Below are positions 15,770-25,763 of a DNA stretch of 64,000 bases, one piece after another (position 1 is the first letter of the stretch; each line of letters starts with the position of its first letter). The stretch is from a bacterium (GTDB lineage: Bacteria; Bacteroidota; Bacteroidia; Bacteroidales; Bacteroidaceae): contig CAVKYH010000006.1 in NCBI GenBank assembly GCA_963660485.1, positions 522-64,521 of the forward strand, read 5' to 3'. Below the pieces are notes generated by a model. It ran no database searches. It saw nothing but the letters and a program-made list of their open reading frames with translations, and was not told the origin of the DNA. The position numbers and the translations under genes are program-made.

Positions 15770-17179
15770 TCAAAAGTGGCTTGAACCGTCGAAACAATGC
15801 GTGCAAATCTGGCATTTGGGCAGTCCTATCGCCTTCACAAGGTTTTCCACCGTATTGAAACGCAATGTGGTGAGCCCGAGTTTCTGTCTTATTATTTCCA
15901 CCATGCGGTTGTATTGCGGCGAACCGGTTGTGGCGTAAGCTTCAAGGTTTTTGTTCATATCTCCCTCCTCTTCCTGAATTATTCGGCGCGTAATAAGTTC
16001 GAGATCGCTGCGTGAAGAGGTGAATCCTATATAGTTGCAGCCGTAAACAAGTGGGGGGCAGGAAATCCTTACATGGGCTTCGCGAATGCCGCAATCGTAG
16101 AGCATTTTCACATTGTCGCGCAACTGTGTGCCGCGCACAATTGAGTCGTCGCAGAAAAGCACGCTCTTGCCTTTCAGAATGGCTGCATTTGGTATCAGTT
16201 TCATTTTTGCCACAAATTCGCGGCGCGACTGGTTGCTCGGGGTGAAACTTCGCGGCCACGTGGGGGTATATTTCGAAATCGCCCTCTTGTATGGTTTGCC
16301 CATTCCGGCAGCATATCCGTATGCCATGCCTACTCCCGAGTCGGGAATGCCGCATACGCAGTCCACATCGGTATCATCTTCTTTTCCCATGGTCTCGCCG
16401 CAGGTAAATCTCACCTTCTCAACGTTTATATCTTCGTAGGAAGACGTAGGAAAGCCGTAGTAAACCCAAAGAAATGAGCAAATCTGCATTTTTTCGTTGG
16501 GCTTGCGCAACTGTTCCACGCTTTCGGCCGTGATGCTCACAATTTCGCCCGGCCCGATATTGCGCACTTCGGCGTAGCCAAGGTTTGGAAACGCGGTGGT
16601 CTCGCTTGCCACGGCATACGCGCCGTCTTTCTTTCCAAGCACAATGGGCGTGCGTCCCAGTTTGTCGCGTGCCGCAATTATTTTGCCCTCGTCGGTGAGC
16701 AACAGCATGGAGCACGAGCCTTTCACCTTGCGGTAAACGTTTTCTATGCCCTCTGTAATTGTCTTGCCCTGCACTATAAGCAATGCCACAAGCTCTGTCT
16801 GGTTGGTCTTGCCCGAGGAAAGCTCTGCAAAATGCTGCTTGTTTTCCAGCATCTCGCTTTCCAGCTCGTCGATATTGGTAATCTTAGCCACCGTAACGAT
16901 AGCAAACTTTCCGAGGTGAGAGTTTATCACAATTGGCTGCGCATCGCTGTCGCTGATAACGCCAATGCCTGCGTTTCCGCCGAATTTGTCGAGTTCGTCC
17001 TCGAATTTGCTTCTGAAATATGCGTTTTCAAGATTGTGTATGCTTCGCTGAAAACCTGTTTCTTTGGTAAAAGTAGCCATTCCGGCGCGACGTGTGCCGA
17101 GATGGGTGTGATAGTCTGTGCCGTAGAACAAATCGTTTACGCACGGACACATAGATACTGTTCCGAAAAATCCTCCCAT
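15770..17179 (-). CDS. amidophosphoribosyltransferase-like protein (PurF family) lacking the N-terminal Cys nucleophile
   Basis: 469 aa. PRPP-binding loop VLFCDDSIVRGTQL. The N-terminus MGGFFGTVS aligns with the canonical MCGI(V/F)G, with Gly in place of Cys1. Confidence 0.8.
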   Translation of the reverse strand: MGGFFGTVSMCPCVNDLFYGTDYHTHLGTRRAGMATFTKETGFQRSIHNLENAYFRSKFEDELDKFGGNAGIGVISDSDAQPIVINSHLGKFAIVTVAKITNIDELESEMLENKQHFAELSSGKTNQTELVALLIVQGKTITEGIENVYRKVKGSCSMLLLTDEGKIIAARDKLGRTPIVLGKKDGAYAVASETTAFPNLGYAEVRNIGPGEIVSITAESVEQLRKPNEKMQICSFLWVYYGFPTSSYEDINVEKVRFTCGETMGKEDDTDVDCVCGIPDSGVGMAYGYAAGMGKPYKRAISKYTPTWPRSFTPSNQSRREFVAKMKLIPNAAILKGKSVLFCDDSIVRGTQLRDNVKMLYDCGIREAHVRISCPPLVYGCNYIGFTSSRSDLELITRRIIQEEEGDMNKNLEAYATTGSPQYNRMVEIIRQKLGLTTLRFNTVENLVKAIGLPKCQICTHCFDGSSHF

Positions 17180-17213
17180 AAATTTCTGGTTATAATAATG
17201 GTGTAAATGTCAG

Positions 17214-17221
17214 CAAAATTA
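17214..17221 (-). promoter_or_regulatory. candidate -7 box for the PurF-like gene
   Basis: + strand caaaatta = TAATTTTG on the minus strand, 35 nt upstream of ATG 17179. Confidence 0.45.
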
Positions 17222-17410
17222 AAAAAATCCCTAATATTCCGGGCGCATTGCATATATATTATCGCACATCTGCCTCGCCCTACAATGCAAAATGCAACGA
17301 ACCTCGCCCGAAACCGATGCTTTCCCGATATTACGGCATTGGTTTTCCGTTTGTTTTCGCGCCGTTTCTCCCCCACTCCGTCCGGTTGAATTCGAGCCAT
17401 GCAGCATGTA

Positions 17411-17550
17411 GAAAAAACGGCATCTGAGGGCGAAAAAAACTACATCGGACATCGGAAAAACTCCGACGCATCTAATTTAAATTTGGTGGCCCGGAATTTA
17501 AATTAGATGCCTTGGAATTTTTACAAGATGCGCATGCCGTAAAAACGATA
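17411..17550. repeat. 21-nt modular repeat, copy 7 (degenerate T, E-like, A-B'-C'-T')
   Basis: ..ACATCGGACATCGGAAAAACT CCGACGCATCTAATTTAAATT TGGTGGCCCGGAATTTAAATT AGATGCCTTGGAATTTTTACA AGATGCGCATGCCGTAAAAACG. Confidence 0.88.
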
Positions 17551-17692
17551 TTTTATCTATTATAAACGAGCCTTGATTGCAGTCTGAAAAAATCCCGGGA
17601 CATTTACGCAAAACAGCTATGTATTAAGGACATACGGCTATAATTTCTGACAACAGCAGACCTTTTCGAAAATTTCCCGGACATGCTGCAAC

Positions 17693-17723
17693 AAAAATCC
17701 CGCACAGCAAACGCTGCGCGGGA
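17693..17723 (-). terminator. rho-independent terminator after the PBP1A gene
   Basis: Minus strand: TCCCGCGCAGC-GTTT-GCTGTGCGGGA followed by TTTTT. Confidence 0.7.
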
Positions 17724-17749
17724 CAGTTTAATGTATTTATAGCGTGGAA

Positions 17750-20251
17750 TTATCCCACAATATCGTCGAAATTCACCTCTCCGTTGTCGTGTTTTTTCTT
17801 TTTCTTCTTTTCACCGGCAGGTTCTCCCGCTTTGTTCTCACCGCCTTCTGTATGGTTTTCCTCAAGCAGCATGTCGCCCTCGCTGATATCGAACTCCAGG
17901 CTGTCTTTTGCCGCCTGAATGGAATCTTTGCGCGCCTTGGAACGCGGGATATAGTTGCACGAATAACAAGATGGGGAAATCTGCTCCTTGGCTGCGCCGA
18001 ATTTGCGCTGATATTTGGAGAATTGCGAATCGCCAAAGACCGATTGCATGAAATAGCCCACTATCGGGAGCGCCGTGCGGCTTCCCTGGCCGAGCGCACC
18101 CGTGCGGAAGTGAATTGAGCGGTATTCGCCGCCAACCCAAGCGCCTGCCACAAGTCCGGGAGTTACTCCCACAAACCACGCATCGCTATGATTGTTGCTC
18201 GTTCCCGTCTTGCCGCCAAAATCAGTGGTCTTGCGATACGGTCCCACGTATCCTCCGAGCGGCATCGACGTACCTCCGGCGAGGTTCAAGCCACCTTGCA
18301 GCATCTTTTGCATGAAATAGGCCGAACGATATGGGATAGCCTGGTGGCTTTCCTCGGGTGCAGTATAAATTACCTTGCCGTGGCGGTCAACGATTTTGGT
18401 TACAAGCACCGGCTCTCTCTGACGTCCGTCGTTTGCCACCGTGGAATAAGCGTCTACAAGCTCAAGAAGATTCACGTCGCTCGCACCGAGAGAAAGCGAA
18501 GGCGTATCGTCGAGCGGCGACTTTATACCCATGGCGTGAGCAGTCTTGATTACGTTTGAAATTCCTACCTCCTGACCCAAACGCACTGCGATGCTGTTGA
18601 TACTTTGTGCGAAGGCGGAAAGCAGAGGCACACTGTCGCCCGAAAAATTGCCGTTAGCATTCGTAGGAGCCCAACGCACCATTTCGCGTTTCTTGCTGTC
18701 GTAAACATCCATTGCGAAATATTCGTCGCGGCGGCGGTCGCAAGGCGTAATGCCACGGTTCATGGCTTCGGTATATACGAAGAGTTTGAAAGTAGAACCG
18801 GGCTGGCGCATAGCCGTAACCTTGTCGTATTTCCAGGATTTGAAATCGATATCCCCAACCCAGGCTTTCACGTGTCCGTTGTCAGGTTCCATCGCAACCA
18901 AACCCGCATGCATGAATTTCACCATGTAGCGAATGGAGTCCATTGTGGACATTTCCTGCTCCTTTTCTCCGTCGTAGTCGAAAAGTTTTACGGTATGTTT
19001 CTGATTCAGATAGTAAGTAATCGAATCGGAATTGGCGCCGTATTTCTGTTCAAGCTCCTTGTATTGCGCGGTACGCTTTGCGAGATTTTCAATAAAGCCG
19101 GGAATCACATTATGGTTCTCATCTCGCCACGGATCGTCGTTACCCCAGTGGTTTCTGAAGTTTCTCTGTACGTTTTTCATCTGCTTCACGAGGGCTTTCT
19201 CGGCATATTCCTGCATTTTCATATTGAGTGTGGAATATATCTTCAGTCCTGCGCTGTACAGGTCGATACCATTGTCTTTGCACCACTGTTTCAGTTCGTC
19301 GGCCACGGCTTCGCGGAAATACAATGCCTTGCCGTCGTAGGCTGTTTCCACTTTGAAATTCAATTCTATGGGCGTTTGTTTAAGCGAGTCGCACTCCTCT
19401 GCGCTCAGGTGTCCGAGCTTGTGCATATTGTCGAGCACCACGTTGCGGCGTTTCAGGCTGTTTTTCGGATTAAGTCGCGGATTGTAGTAACTCGTGGCCT
19501 TGAGCAGCCCCACAAGTACCGCCGACTGTGTGGCAGACAGGGCGCGGGGCGTAGTGTTGAAGTAAGTTTTTGCAGCAGTCTTGATGCCGTAGGCATTTGA
19601 ACCGAAATCCACGGTATTGGCATACATTGTGAGGATTTCTTCCTTGTCGTAAAACATTTCGAGCTCCACGGCAAGCACCCACTCCTTGCTTTTCATTATC
19701 AATATCTTCAGTCCCGGAACATAGCCGAGCAGACCTGTGGAATATTGTGTGCGCACACGGAACATGTTTTTCACCAATTGCTGCGTAATGGTCGATGCTC
19801 CGCGCGCGTGCCCGTGGAGCATGTCTTTTGCAGCGGCGAAAATGCCGGTAAAGTCTATGCCGTGGTGATGATAGAAACGCTCGTCCTCGGTGTCTATCAA
19901 GGCTTTGAAAAACACGGGGGATATCTCGGAATATTTCACCGGGGTGCGGTTTTCGTTGAAATACTTGCCTATCAGCTGTCCGTCCTCGCTATAAAGTTCC
20001 GAAGCCTCGGAGGTTTCGGGATTCATGATGCTGTGTATCGTGGGAGACTTGCCGAACAGCCAAAGGAAGTTCAGGTTTACCGCAGTGAAGTATATAATCA
20101 CAAAGGCAAAGAACGAGAGTATTCCTGCAATGGTCTTGTACCACCAGGGGCGGCCTTTGAACTGGCCTTTATACCAGTGTCCGAATTGTTTGAACTTCGT
20201 TTTCAGGAATAAAAGCAGCGATTTAATTTTGCTGTCCTTTTTTTTGTTCAT
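17750..20251 (-). CDS. class A penicillin-binding protein (PBP1A-type transglycosylase/transpeptidase)
   Basis: 833 aa. N-terminal TM anchor, glycosyltransferase motif DTEDERFYHHHGID, transpeptidase PGSTFK (SxxK) and KTGT. Lys-rich C-terminal tail. Confidence 0.9.
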   Translation of the reverse strand: MNKKKDSKIKSLLLFLKTKFKQFGHWYKGQFKGRPWWYKTIAGILSFFAFVIIYFTAVNLNFLWLFGKSPTIHSIMNPETSEASELYSEDGQLIGKYFNENRTPVKYSEISPVFFKALIDTEDERFYHHHGIDFTGIFAAAKDMLHGHARGASTITQQLVKNMFRVRTQYSTGLLGYVPGLKILIMKSKEWVLAVELEMFYDKEEILTMYANTVDFGSNAYGIKTAAKTYFNTTPRALSATQSAVLVGLLKATSYYNPRLNPKNSLKRRNVVLDNMHKLGHLSAEECDSLKQTPIELNFKVETAYDGKALYFREAVADELKQWCKDNGIDLYSAGLKIYSTLNMKMQEYAEKALVKQMKNVQRNFRNHWGNDDPWRDENHNVIPGFIENLAKRTAQYKELEQKYGANSDSITYYLNQKHTVKLFDYDGEKEQEMSTMDSIRYMVKFMHAGLVAMEPDNGHVKAWVGDIDFKSWKYDKVTAMRQPGSTFKLFVYTEAMNRGITPCDRRRDEYFAMDVYDSKKREMVRWAPTNANGNFSGDSVPLLSAFAQSINSIAVRLGQEVGISNVIKTAHAMGIKSPLDDTPSLSLGASDVNLLELVDAYSTVANDGRQREPVLVTKIVDRHGKVIYTAPEESHQAIPYRSAYFMQKMLQGGLNLAGGTSMPLGGYVGPYRKTTDFGGKTGTSNNHSDAWFVGVTPGLVAGAWVGGEYRSIHFRTGALGQGSRTALPIVGYFMQSVFGDSQFSKYQRKFGAAKEQISPSCYSCNYIPRSKARKDSIQAAKDSLEFDISEGDMLLEENHTEGGENKAGEPAGEKKKKKKHDNGEVNFDDIVG

Positions 20252-20358
20252 TTTCTTCTATATTATGCTATGACATAGCTGTACATCATTCTGCAAAAGT
20301 AGTAATTAAATGTGAGTTCTGCTAAGTAGTTCCAATTGTTTTTGACATGGTTTGAACT

Positions 20359-20460
20359 GCATGCGCATCTCGTAAAAACTCCGGGCCACCAAATTTAAAT
20401 TCCGACGCATCTAATTTAAATTCCGACGCATCTCGTAAAAACGAAATGCCTTGTAATTTT
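20359..20460. repeat. 21-nt modular repeat, copy 8 (T-B-A-A-T'variant)
   Basis: CATGCGCATCTCGTAAAAACT CCGGGCCACCAAATTTAAATT CCGACGCATCTAATTTAAATT CCGACGCATCTCGTAAAAACG AAATGCCTTGTAATTTT. Confidence 0.9.
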
Positions 20461-20519
20461 CTTCATTTGTATATATCAAATACACAACAACTTACAAACT
20501 CTGCAAAAACTGCGCTTGT

Positions 20520-21464
20520 TCAGCGATTTTGGCAGGTTTGGCTTACTATGAAATCTCGGATTGCGTCAACATCGTCGGGGCAGAACCACGTGATGTCCTC
20601 ATCGCGTTTATACCACGTCAGTTGTTTTTTGGCATAAACGCGGGTATTTTTCTTCATTCTCTCAACAGCTTGCGTCAGGGTGAACTCCCCGTCGAAATAT
20701 TTGAACATCTCGTTGTAGCCAACCGTGTTGAGAGCCGTAAGATGTCGCATGGGGTAAAGCCGGCGAGCCTCTTCGAGCAGCCCGTTCTCCATCATTTTGT
20801 CTACACGTCTGTTGATGCGTTCAAACAAATCGGGGCGCGGCATGTTCAAACCTATCTTTATGGTGCGGAAAGGGCGTACCTTCACGTTTCTAACGCGAAA
20901 CGATGTGTAGGTCTTGCCTGTGGCGTGGCATATTTCAAGGGCATGAACCACGCGGCGCGGATTCTTCAAATCCACAATGGCATGGTATTCCGGATCAAGG
21001 CTCCGCAGTTCTTCGCCCAACGCCTGCAAGCCTTCCGCCTCCAAACGCCGGCGCATCTCTGTGCGTATGTCATCGGGAATCGTGGGTATATCGTCGATAC
21101 CTTTCACCACGGCATCGACATACATCATGCTTCCGCCCGAAAGTATAACGTTGTCGTGGGTTGCGTGGAGCATCTCGATGAGTCGCAAAGCATCGGCCTC
21201 GTAACGCGCCGCGCTGTAATAGTCGTGAATCGAGAGGTTGCCCACAAAATAAAAGTCGGCCTGTGAAAGTTCCCGCTCGTCGGGACGCGCCGTGCCTATC
21301 TGCATTTCGCGATAAACCTGGCGCGAGTCGGCATTCACGATTGGCGCGCGAAATATCTGCGCCAACCGTATGCACAAGGCGGTTTTACCTACCGCCGTAG
21401 GGCCTGTAATTACTATCAGATTGCCCAACGGGGAATCAATATCGCGAATCGTCGTCAGCACCAA
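20520..21464 (-). CDS. miaA: tRNA dimethylallyltransferase
   Basis: 314 aa. P-loop GPTAVGKT and typical MiaA blocks (DSRQVYREMQIGTA, GGSMMY). The start overlaps the upstream gene by 29 nt. Confidence 0.9.
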   Translation of the reverse strand: MVLTTIRDIDSPLGNLIVITGPTAVGKTALCIRLAQIFRAPIVNADSRQVYREMQIGTARPDERELSQADFYFVGNLSIHDYYSAARYEADALRLIEMLHATHDNVILSGGSMMYVDAVVKGIDDIPTIPDDIRTEMRRRLEAEGLQALGEELRSLDPEYHAIVDLKNPRRVVHALEICHATGKTYTSFRVRNVKVRPFRTIKIGLNMPRPDLFERINRRVDKMMENGLLEEARRLYPMRHLTALNTVGYNEMFKYFDGEFTLTQAVERMKKNTRVYAKKQLTWYKRDEDITWFCPDDVDAIRDFIVSQTCQNR

Positions 21465-22011
21465 AAGGTGTGTCGCTTATATCAAGCCCCTCGTTGCCCA
21501 GTTCCTCGTCGTCAAATCCCTCGGAACCGTAGAAATCCTCTCCGGTAAAGTTCTCGTCGCCCGCCTGAGCCTTCTTGCCCTTCTTGGGTGCGGGCTCCTC
21601 AATGAGTATCTCCTGCGGCGCATCGCCGATGCTGCGTGTGATTTCGGCAGCATCAAGGTTCTTGCCCGGAATCATCTCTTTCAGTTCGATATAGAACGCA
21701 CGGTTGTTAAACGTGTCGAAGATGAATTTCAAGCGCATAGGCACATCGTCCAACAAACTGCGCAAAGAGGTTTTCTCCATCGTGTACACATCCTCATCAT
21801 AAGAGGAAAAGCCCATGTCTTCACGCGTTATCTCGCAAACTTTCTCCCACTCGTCGTCGGTGATATAGAAACTCGTCATCTGGTCGTCGGAGTATTTGCA
21901 CGTACCAAGTATTGCCTGGCAAAAATCGAGGAATGTGGCATCGGCATCAATGCGTATCTCACGAAAAAACTCGTCAACCTCGTCGCTTACAATGGTGAAT
22001 CTGAAAATCAT
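21436..22011 (-). CDS. conserved hypothetical acidic protein (possibly pRiA4b ORF-3-like fold)
   Basis: 191 aa, intact ORF packed between lpxA and miaA. Acidic D/E-rich C-terminus. The fold suggestion is from memory of the family pattern and is weak. Confidence 0.55.
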   Translation of the reverse strand: MIFRFTIVSDEVDEFFREIRIDADATFLDFCQAILGTCKYSDDQMTSFYITDDEWEKVCEITREDMGFSSYDEDVYTMEKTSLRSLLDDVPMRLKFIFDTFNNRAFYIELKEMIPGKNLDAAEITRSIGDAPQEILIEEPAPKKGKKAQAGDENFTGEDFYGSEGFDDEELGNEGLDISDTPFGADDDSRY

Positions 22012-22041
22012 GTCAAATATGCTTGCGCCCTCCTTGCGGCA

Positions 22042-22815
22042 TTATTTAATGATACCGCGCTTGGCGGTCTCCACAAAGTTTATGATATAGACAATCTCCT
22101 TTGTCATCGGAAGTTTGTTCTTTATCTCCTCAATGCTCTCGTTGCGCAGTTTTCCGCTCTGGTAGAGCAGACGATACGCCTCGTGAATGTTTTCGATAGT
22201 CTCGTTTGTAAATCCGCGGCGGCGCAGTCCCACTACATTCAGTCCCTGATATGCGGCAGGCTCGCGGGCTACCATTATATACGGCGGGATATCCTGGCTG
22301 AAGCGCGTGCCCCCGCCAATCATAACATATCCGCCCACGTGGCAAAACTGGTGTATCAAAACATTCGCGCTTATAACAGCATAATCATCTATTATCACTT
22401 CTCCTGCGATTTTGGTGGAGTTTCCGATGATACAGCCACTGCCCAAAGTTACATCGTGAGCCACATGCACTCCCTCCATAAGCAGATTGTCAGACCCGAC
22501 AATGGTCCGTCCCTTTGAAGCTGTGCCTCTGTTTATTGTAACATTCTCGCGGATTTTATTGTTGTCGCCCACAATTGCCGTGGTCTCCTCTCCGCGAAAT
22601 TTCAAATCCTGCGGAACGGCGCTGATAACGGCTCCCGGGAAAATTGTATTGCCGTTTCCGATGCGCGCACCGCTCAACACGGTAACACTGTTCATCAGAA
22701 TATTGTTGTCGCCTATTTCCACATTTTTGTCAATGTAACAAAATGCTCCGATCTCGCAATTCTTTCCGATTTTAGCCTCGGGATCGATAAAAGCCAAGGG
22801 ACTTATTTTACTCAT
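22042..22815 (-). CDS. lpxA: acyl-ACP--UDP-N-acetylglucosamine O-acyltransferase
   Basis: 257 aa. Left-handed beta-helix hexapeptide repeats and an LpxA-type C-terminal helical domain. Sits in the lpxD-lpxC/fabZ-lpxA cluster. Confidence 0.9.
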   Translation of the reverse strand: MSKISPLAFIDPEAKIGKNCEIGAFCYIDKNVEIGDNNILMNSVTVLSGARIGNGNTIFPGAVISAVPQDLKFRGEETTAIVGDNNKIRENVTINRGTASKGRTIVGSDNLLMEGVHVAHDVTLGSGCIIGNSTKIAGEVIIDDYAVISANVLIHQFCHVGGYVMIGGGTRFSQDIPPYIMVAREPAAYQGLNVVGLRRRGFTNETIENIHEAYRLLYQSGKLRNESIEEIKNKLPMTKEIVYIINFVETAKRGIIK

Positions 22816-22836
22816 TATGGCTGGGATTTGGGATTA

Positions 22837-24222
22837 TCACTTATTCTTTACGATTTGCGCGGTGAAAGTTGCTTCGCAGACTATTTGTTCGCCGACAAAC
22901 ACGAAACCTTTCATCGATGAAACTCCATGGCGCACGGGCGCGAGCAGACGTACGTTGAATATCAGCGTATCTCCCGGCACTACCTTGCGGCGGAATTTCA
23001 CATCGTCGATTTTCATGAAATACGTGCTCCAACGTTCGGGCTCGTCCACGGTACTAAGTACGAGCAAACCGCCGGCCTGTGCCATTGCTTCCACTTGCAA
23101 AACGCCCGGCATCACGGGTTCCTGCGGAAAATGTCCGGTGAAGAACGGCTCGTTTGAGGTTACGTTTTTAACGGCTACGATCTGGTTTGAACCCATAGCG
23201 ATTACTTTGTCAACAAGCTGCATGGGATAACGATGGGGAAGCAGTTGTCGTATGCGGTTAACGTCCATAATCGGTTCTTCGTTGGGATCGTATGTAGGCG
23301 CTTGTACTTCGTGTGCGCGTATCTCGCGTCGCAATTCACGAGCAAACTTGTTGTTGATAGTATGTCCGGGGCGTGTAGCAATTATTCTGCCTTTTATCGG
23401 ACGTCCTACAAGGGCCATGTCGCCAACTATGTCAAGAAGTTTATGGCGTGCGGGCTCGTTTGCCCATTTCAGGGGGCGGTGTGAAATAAATCCGAGCTTT
23501 GTAGCATCGCGGCGCGGCAGTTTCATATCATCGGCTATCTGGTCAAGGCGTTCCTGGCTCAGTTCCTGTTCGTAAATAACTATGGCATTGTCGAGATCGC
23601 CTCCCTTTATCAATCCGGCTTTAAGCAGCGGCTCCACTTCGCGCATGAATACAAACGTGCGTGCAGAGGATACTTCCTTAGTGAAGTCGGAGAGGCTGTT
23701 AAGGGTAGCAAACTGGCTCGAAAACCACTTGGATTCGTAGGAAATCATTGCCGTTATGCTGAATTCTTCATCGGGCAGGATTATAACCGAAGAGCCTGTT
23801 TCCTTGTCGTAGACTTCTATTTTTTTCTTTATGATGTAGTAATCTTTGGGGGCAGCCTGTTCTTTAATTCCCACGCGCAATATATTTTCCACGAAAGGCT
23901 CCGAAGAACCGTCGAGAATGGGGAATTCCGGGCCGTTCACCTGCATGAGGCAGTTGTCGATGCCCAGGGCGTAAAGCGCAGCCATGGCGTGTTCGATTGT
24001 AGAGCAGCGGGCGTCGCCTTTTGCTACCACGGTGCCGCGCGTTGTCTCCACCACGTTTTCGGCTATTGCGTTGATTATCGGTTCACCTTCGAGATCTATT
24101 CTCTGTATCTTGTAGCCGGTATTTTCTGCTGCGGGATTGAAAGTTACGGTAAGGTTCAAACCTGTATGCAGTCCCTTTCCGTAGAGAGAGAAGCTGCCGT
24201 TCAGTGTTGTTTGTTTGAGCAT
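22837..24222 (-). CDS. lpxC: bifunctional UDP-3-O-acyl-GlcNAc deacetylase / 3-hydroxyacyl-ACP dehydratase
   Basis: 461 aa. LpxC N-terminal half (GKGLHTG, TIEHAMAAL) fused to a FabZ hot-dog half (LPHRYPMQLVD, FFTGHFP). This fusion is typical of Bacteroidota. Confidence 0.9.
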   Translation of the reverse strand: MLKQTTLNGSFSLYGKGLHTGLNLTVTFNPAAENTGYKIQRIDLEGEPIINAIAENVVETTRGTVVAKGDARCSTIEHAMAALYALGIDNCLMQVNGPEFPILDGSSEPFVENILRVGIKEQAAPKDYYIIKKKIEVYDKETGSSVIILPDEEFSITAMISYESKWFSSQFATLNSLSDFTKEVSSARTFVFMREVEPLLKAGLIKGGDLDNAIVIYEQELSQERLDQIADDMKLPRRDATKLGFISHRPLKWANEPARHKLLDIVGDMALVGRPIKGRIIATRPGHTINNKFARELRREIRAHEVQAPTYDPNEEPIMDVNRIRQLLPHRYPMQLVDKVIAMGSNQIVAVKNVTSNEPFFTGHFPQEPVMPGVLQVEAMAQAGGLLVLSTVDEPERWSTYFMKIDDVKFRRKVVPGDTLIFNVRLLAPVRHGVSSMKGFVFVGEQIVCEATFTAQIVKNK

Positions 24223-24227
24223 GATAT

Positions 24228-25274
24228 TTATTTTTCTTTATTGTCGTTATTGAGTTTGTCCATTTGTTTTTGCAGATCATTGACCTGCTTGTAAATTTCG
24301 GGGAGATTGCGGAACACAGCCGAGGCTTTGGCAAAACGCCTTGCGTCGATAGCGGGCGAGCCGAGCACAGTCTGTCCTTCCTTGAGTATTGTGCCGGCAA
24401 TGCCTGCCTGTGCGCCCGAATGGGTATGGGACGCAATTTTCGCGTGTCCGGTTATACCCACTTGTCCGCCAAACATGCACCATTCGCCTATCTTTGTAGA
24501 ACCGGCCACTCCCACTTGCGCCGACATCACGGTGTTTGCGCCAATTATGTCGTTGTGGGCAATTTGTACAAGGTTGTCGAGTTTCACGCCGTTGCCTATC
24601 TTGGTTGTTCCCATCATGGAGCGGTCCACGCAGGTGTTTGCTCCTATTTCCACGTTGTCGCCTATTTCCACGTTGCCTATCTGCGGAATTTTTTCGTAAC
24701 CGTCGGGAGTCGGTGCAAAACCGAATCCGTCGGCACCTATCACGCAGCCGGAATGGAGAATGACGTTTGCGCCTATTTTGCAGCCGTGATAAATCGAGAC
24801 GTTGGGATAGATGATGCAGCCTTCGCCTATCGTGCTGCCTTCTTCAACGGTTACGTTGGCATATATCTGCGTTCCGTCGCCCACTGTTACCCCGTCGCCG
24901 ATGTAGGCAAGCGGAGCGATGTAGACGTCCTTGCCTATCTTTGCGGTTTCGCTCACGTATGCGCGGTCGCTCACGCCTTTGCGTTTGGGTTTGCTCTGCT
25001 CATAGAGATTCAGGAGCCTTGCCACGGCCTCGCGCGGGTCTTTCACGCGAACGAGGGTTGCCTTGGGCGTTTGCGCTGGTTTGAAATCCTCCGGCACAAG
25101 CACGATGCTGGCATCGGTTTCATACACAAAATTTTCAAACTCTTTGGCGTAAAAAAATGTAAGTGCGCCACTTTGGGCTGTTTCTATGTTGGAAAACGTG
25201 CTTACTGCGGCATTCTCGTTTCCCTCAACCTTTCCGCCGAGATAGGCGGCTATCTGTTGGGCTGTAAATTCCAT
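24228..25274 (-). CDS. lpxD: UDP-3-O-(3-hydroxymyristoyl)glucosamine N-acyltransferase
   Basis: Start set at [14 protein letters not shown] (ATG 25274) rather than the track start 25295. Hexapeptide-repeat beta-helix throughout. Confidence 0.9.
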   Translation of the reverse strand: MEFTAQQIAAYLGGKVEGNENAAVSTFSNIETAQSGALTFFYAKEFENFVYETDASIVLVPEDFKPAQTPKATLVRVKDPREAVARLLNLYEQSKPKRKGVSDRAYVSETAKIGKDVYIAPLAYIGDGVTVGDGTQIYANVTVEEGSTIGEGCIIYPNVSIYHGCKIGANVILHSGCVIGADGFGFAPTPDGYEKIPQIGNVEIGDNVEIGANTCVDRSMMGTTKIGNGVKLDNLVQIAHNDIIGANTVMSAQVGVAGSTKIGEWCMFGGQVGITGHAKIASHTHSGAQAGIAGTILKEGQTVLGSPAIDARRFAKASAVFRNLPEIYKQVNDLQKQMDKLNNDNKEK

Positions 25275-25342
25275 TCTGTTATAAGATTTCCCCATATTTG
25301 TCCCCTACTGTCAAAGCAAGGGTATAATACGTATCATTATTG

Positions 25343-25350
25343 CAAAAATA
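25343..25350 (-). promoter_or_regulatory. candidate -7 box for the lpxD-lpxC/fabZ-lpxA string
   Basis: + strand caaaaata = TATTTTTG on the minus strand, about 70 nt upstream of ATG 25274. Confidence 0.4.
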
Positions 25351-25529
25351 CAAAGCAAAAACCATATAACCCAATGTTGACACGGTTTTTTAGGGGCGTC
25401 TTGAATTTTATGACTTAGTTTTTAGGAAAAAACGTGCCAGGACACGTGTAGGAAAGATTGATGCGCGCAGATTTTCTCCCTATTCTCCAACTACGAAAAT
25501 TGGCTCTCGAAAAGCCCGTTTTCTACCCC

Positions 25530-25618
25530 GAAAAAACTACACGGCATCTCGTAAAAACTCCAAGGCATCTAATTTAAATTCCGACGCATCTAATTTAAAT
25601 TAGGTCAGACCTCGTTTT
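25530..25618. repeat. 21-nt modular repeat, copy 9 (T-C-A-D)
   Basis: GAAAAAACT ACACGGCATCTCGTAAAAACT CCAAGGCATCTAATTTAAATT CCGACGCATCTAATTTAAATT AGGTCAGACCTCGTTTTGG. Confidence 0.9.
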
Positions 25619-25695
25619 GGGGGTATTTCCTGTTATTTTTCCTCCGTATGTTTCAAGGTGAAAATCAACGGATTCCTGCCAAAAGGAAAAGACAC

Positions 25696-25725
25696 AAAAA
25701 AGCCGCGCAAACATTGGGGCGCGGC
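25696..25725 (-). terminator. rho-independent terminator after mutL
   Basis: Minus strand: GCCGCGC..loop..GCGCGGC followed by TTTTTT. Confidence 0.6.
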
Positions 25726-25763
25726 AGTAGGGGCATTGCTGTTTTCCGAAACCTTATGTGGTG

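Noticed and set aside
21436-22011. Possible mobile-element passenger gene (pRiA4b ORF-3 / IS-passenger-like naming of this family)
   Set aside because: There is no transposase and no inverted repeats. The gene overlaps miaA and is tightly packed between lpxA and miaA, so it behaves as a resident core gene. The family assignment itself is uncertain.
21370-22518. Long antisense or alternative-frame ORFs inside strong genes. Examples: 21370..22518(+), 3570..4697(-), 18605..19600(+), 24264..25418(+), 32714..33601(+), 61901..62926(+), 37805..38578(+), 59884..60540(+)
   Set aside because: Each lies wholly within or across well-supported genes with clear family motifs. Their translations are compositionally odd (Arg/His/Cys/Phe-rich), which is typical of shadow ORFs in ~50% GC DNA.
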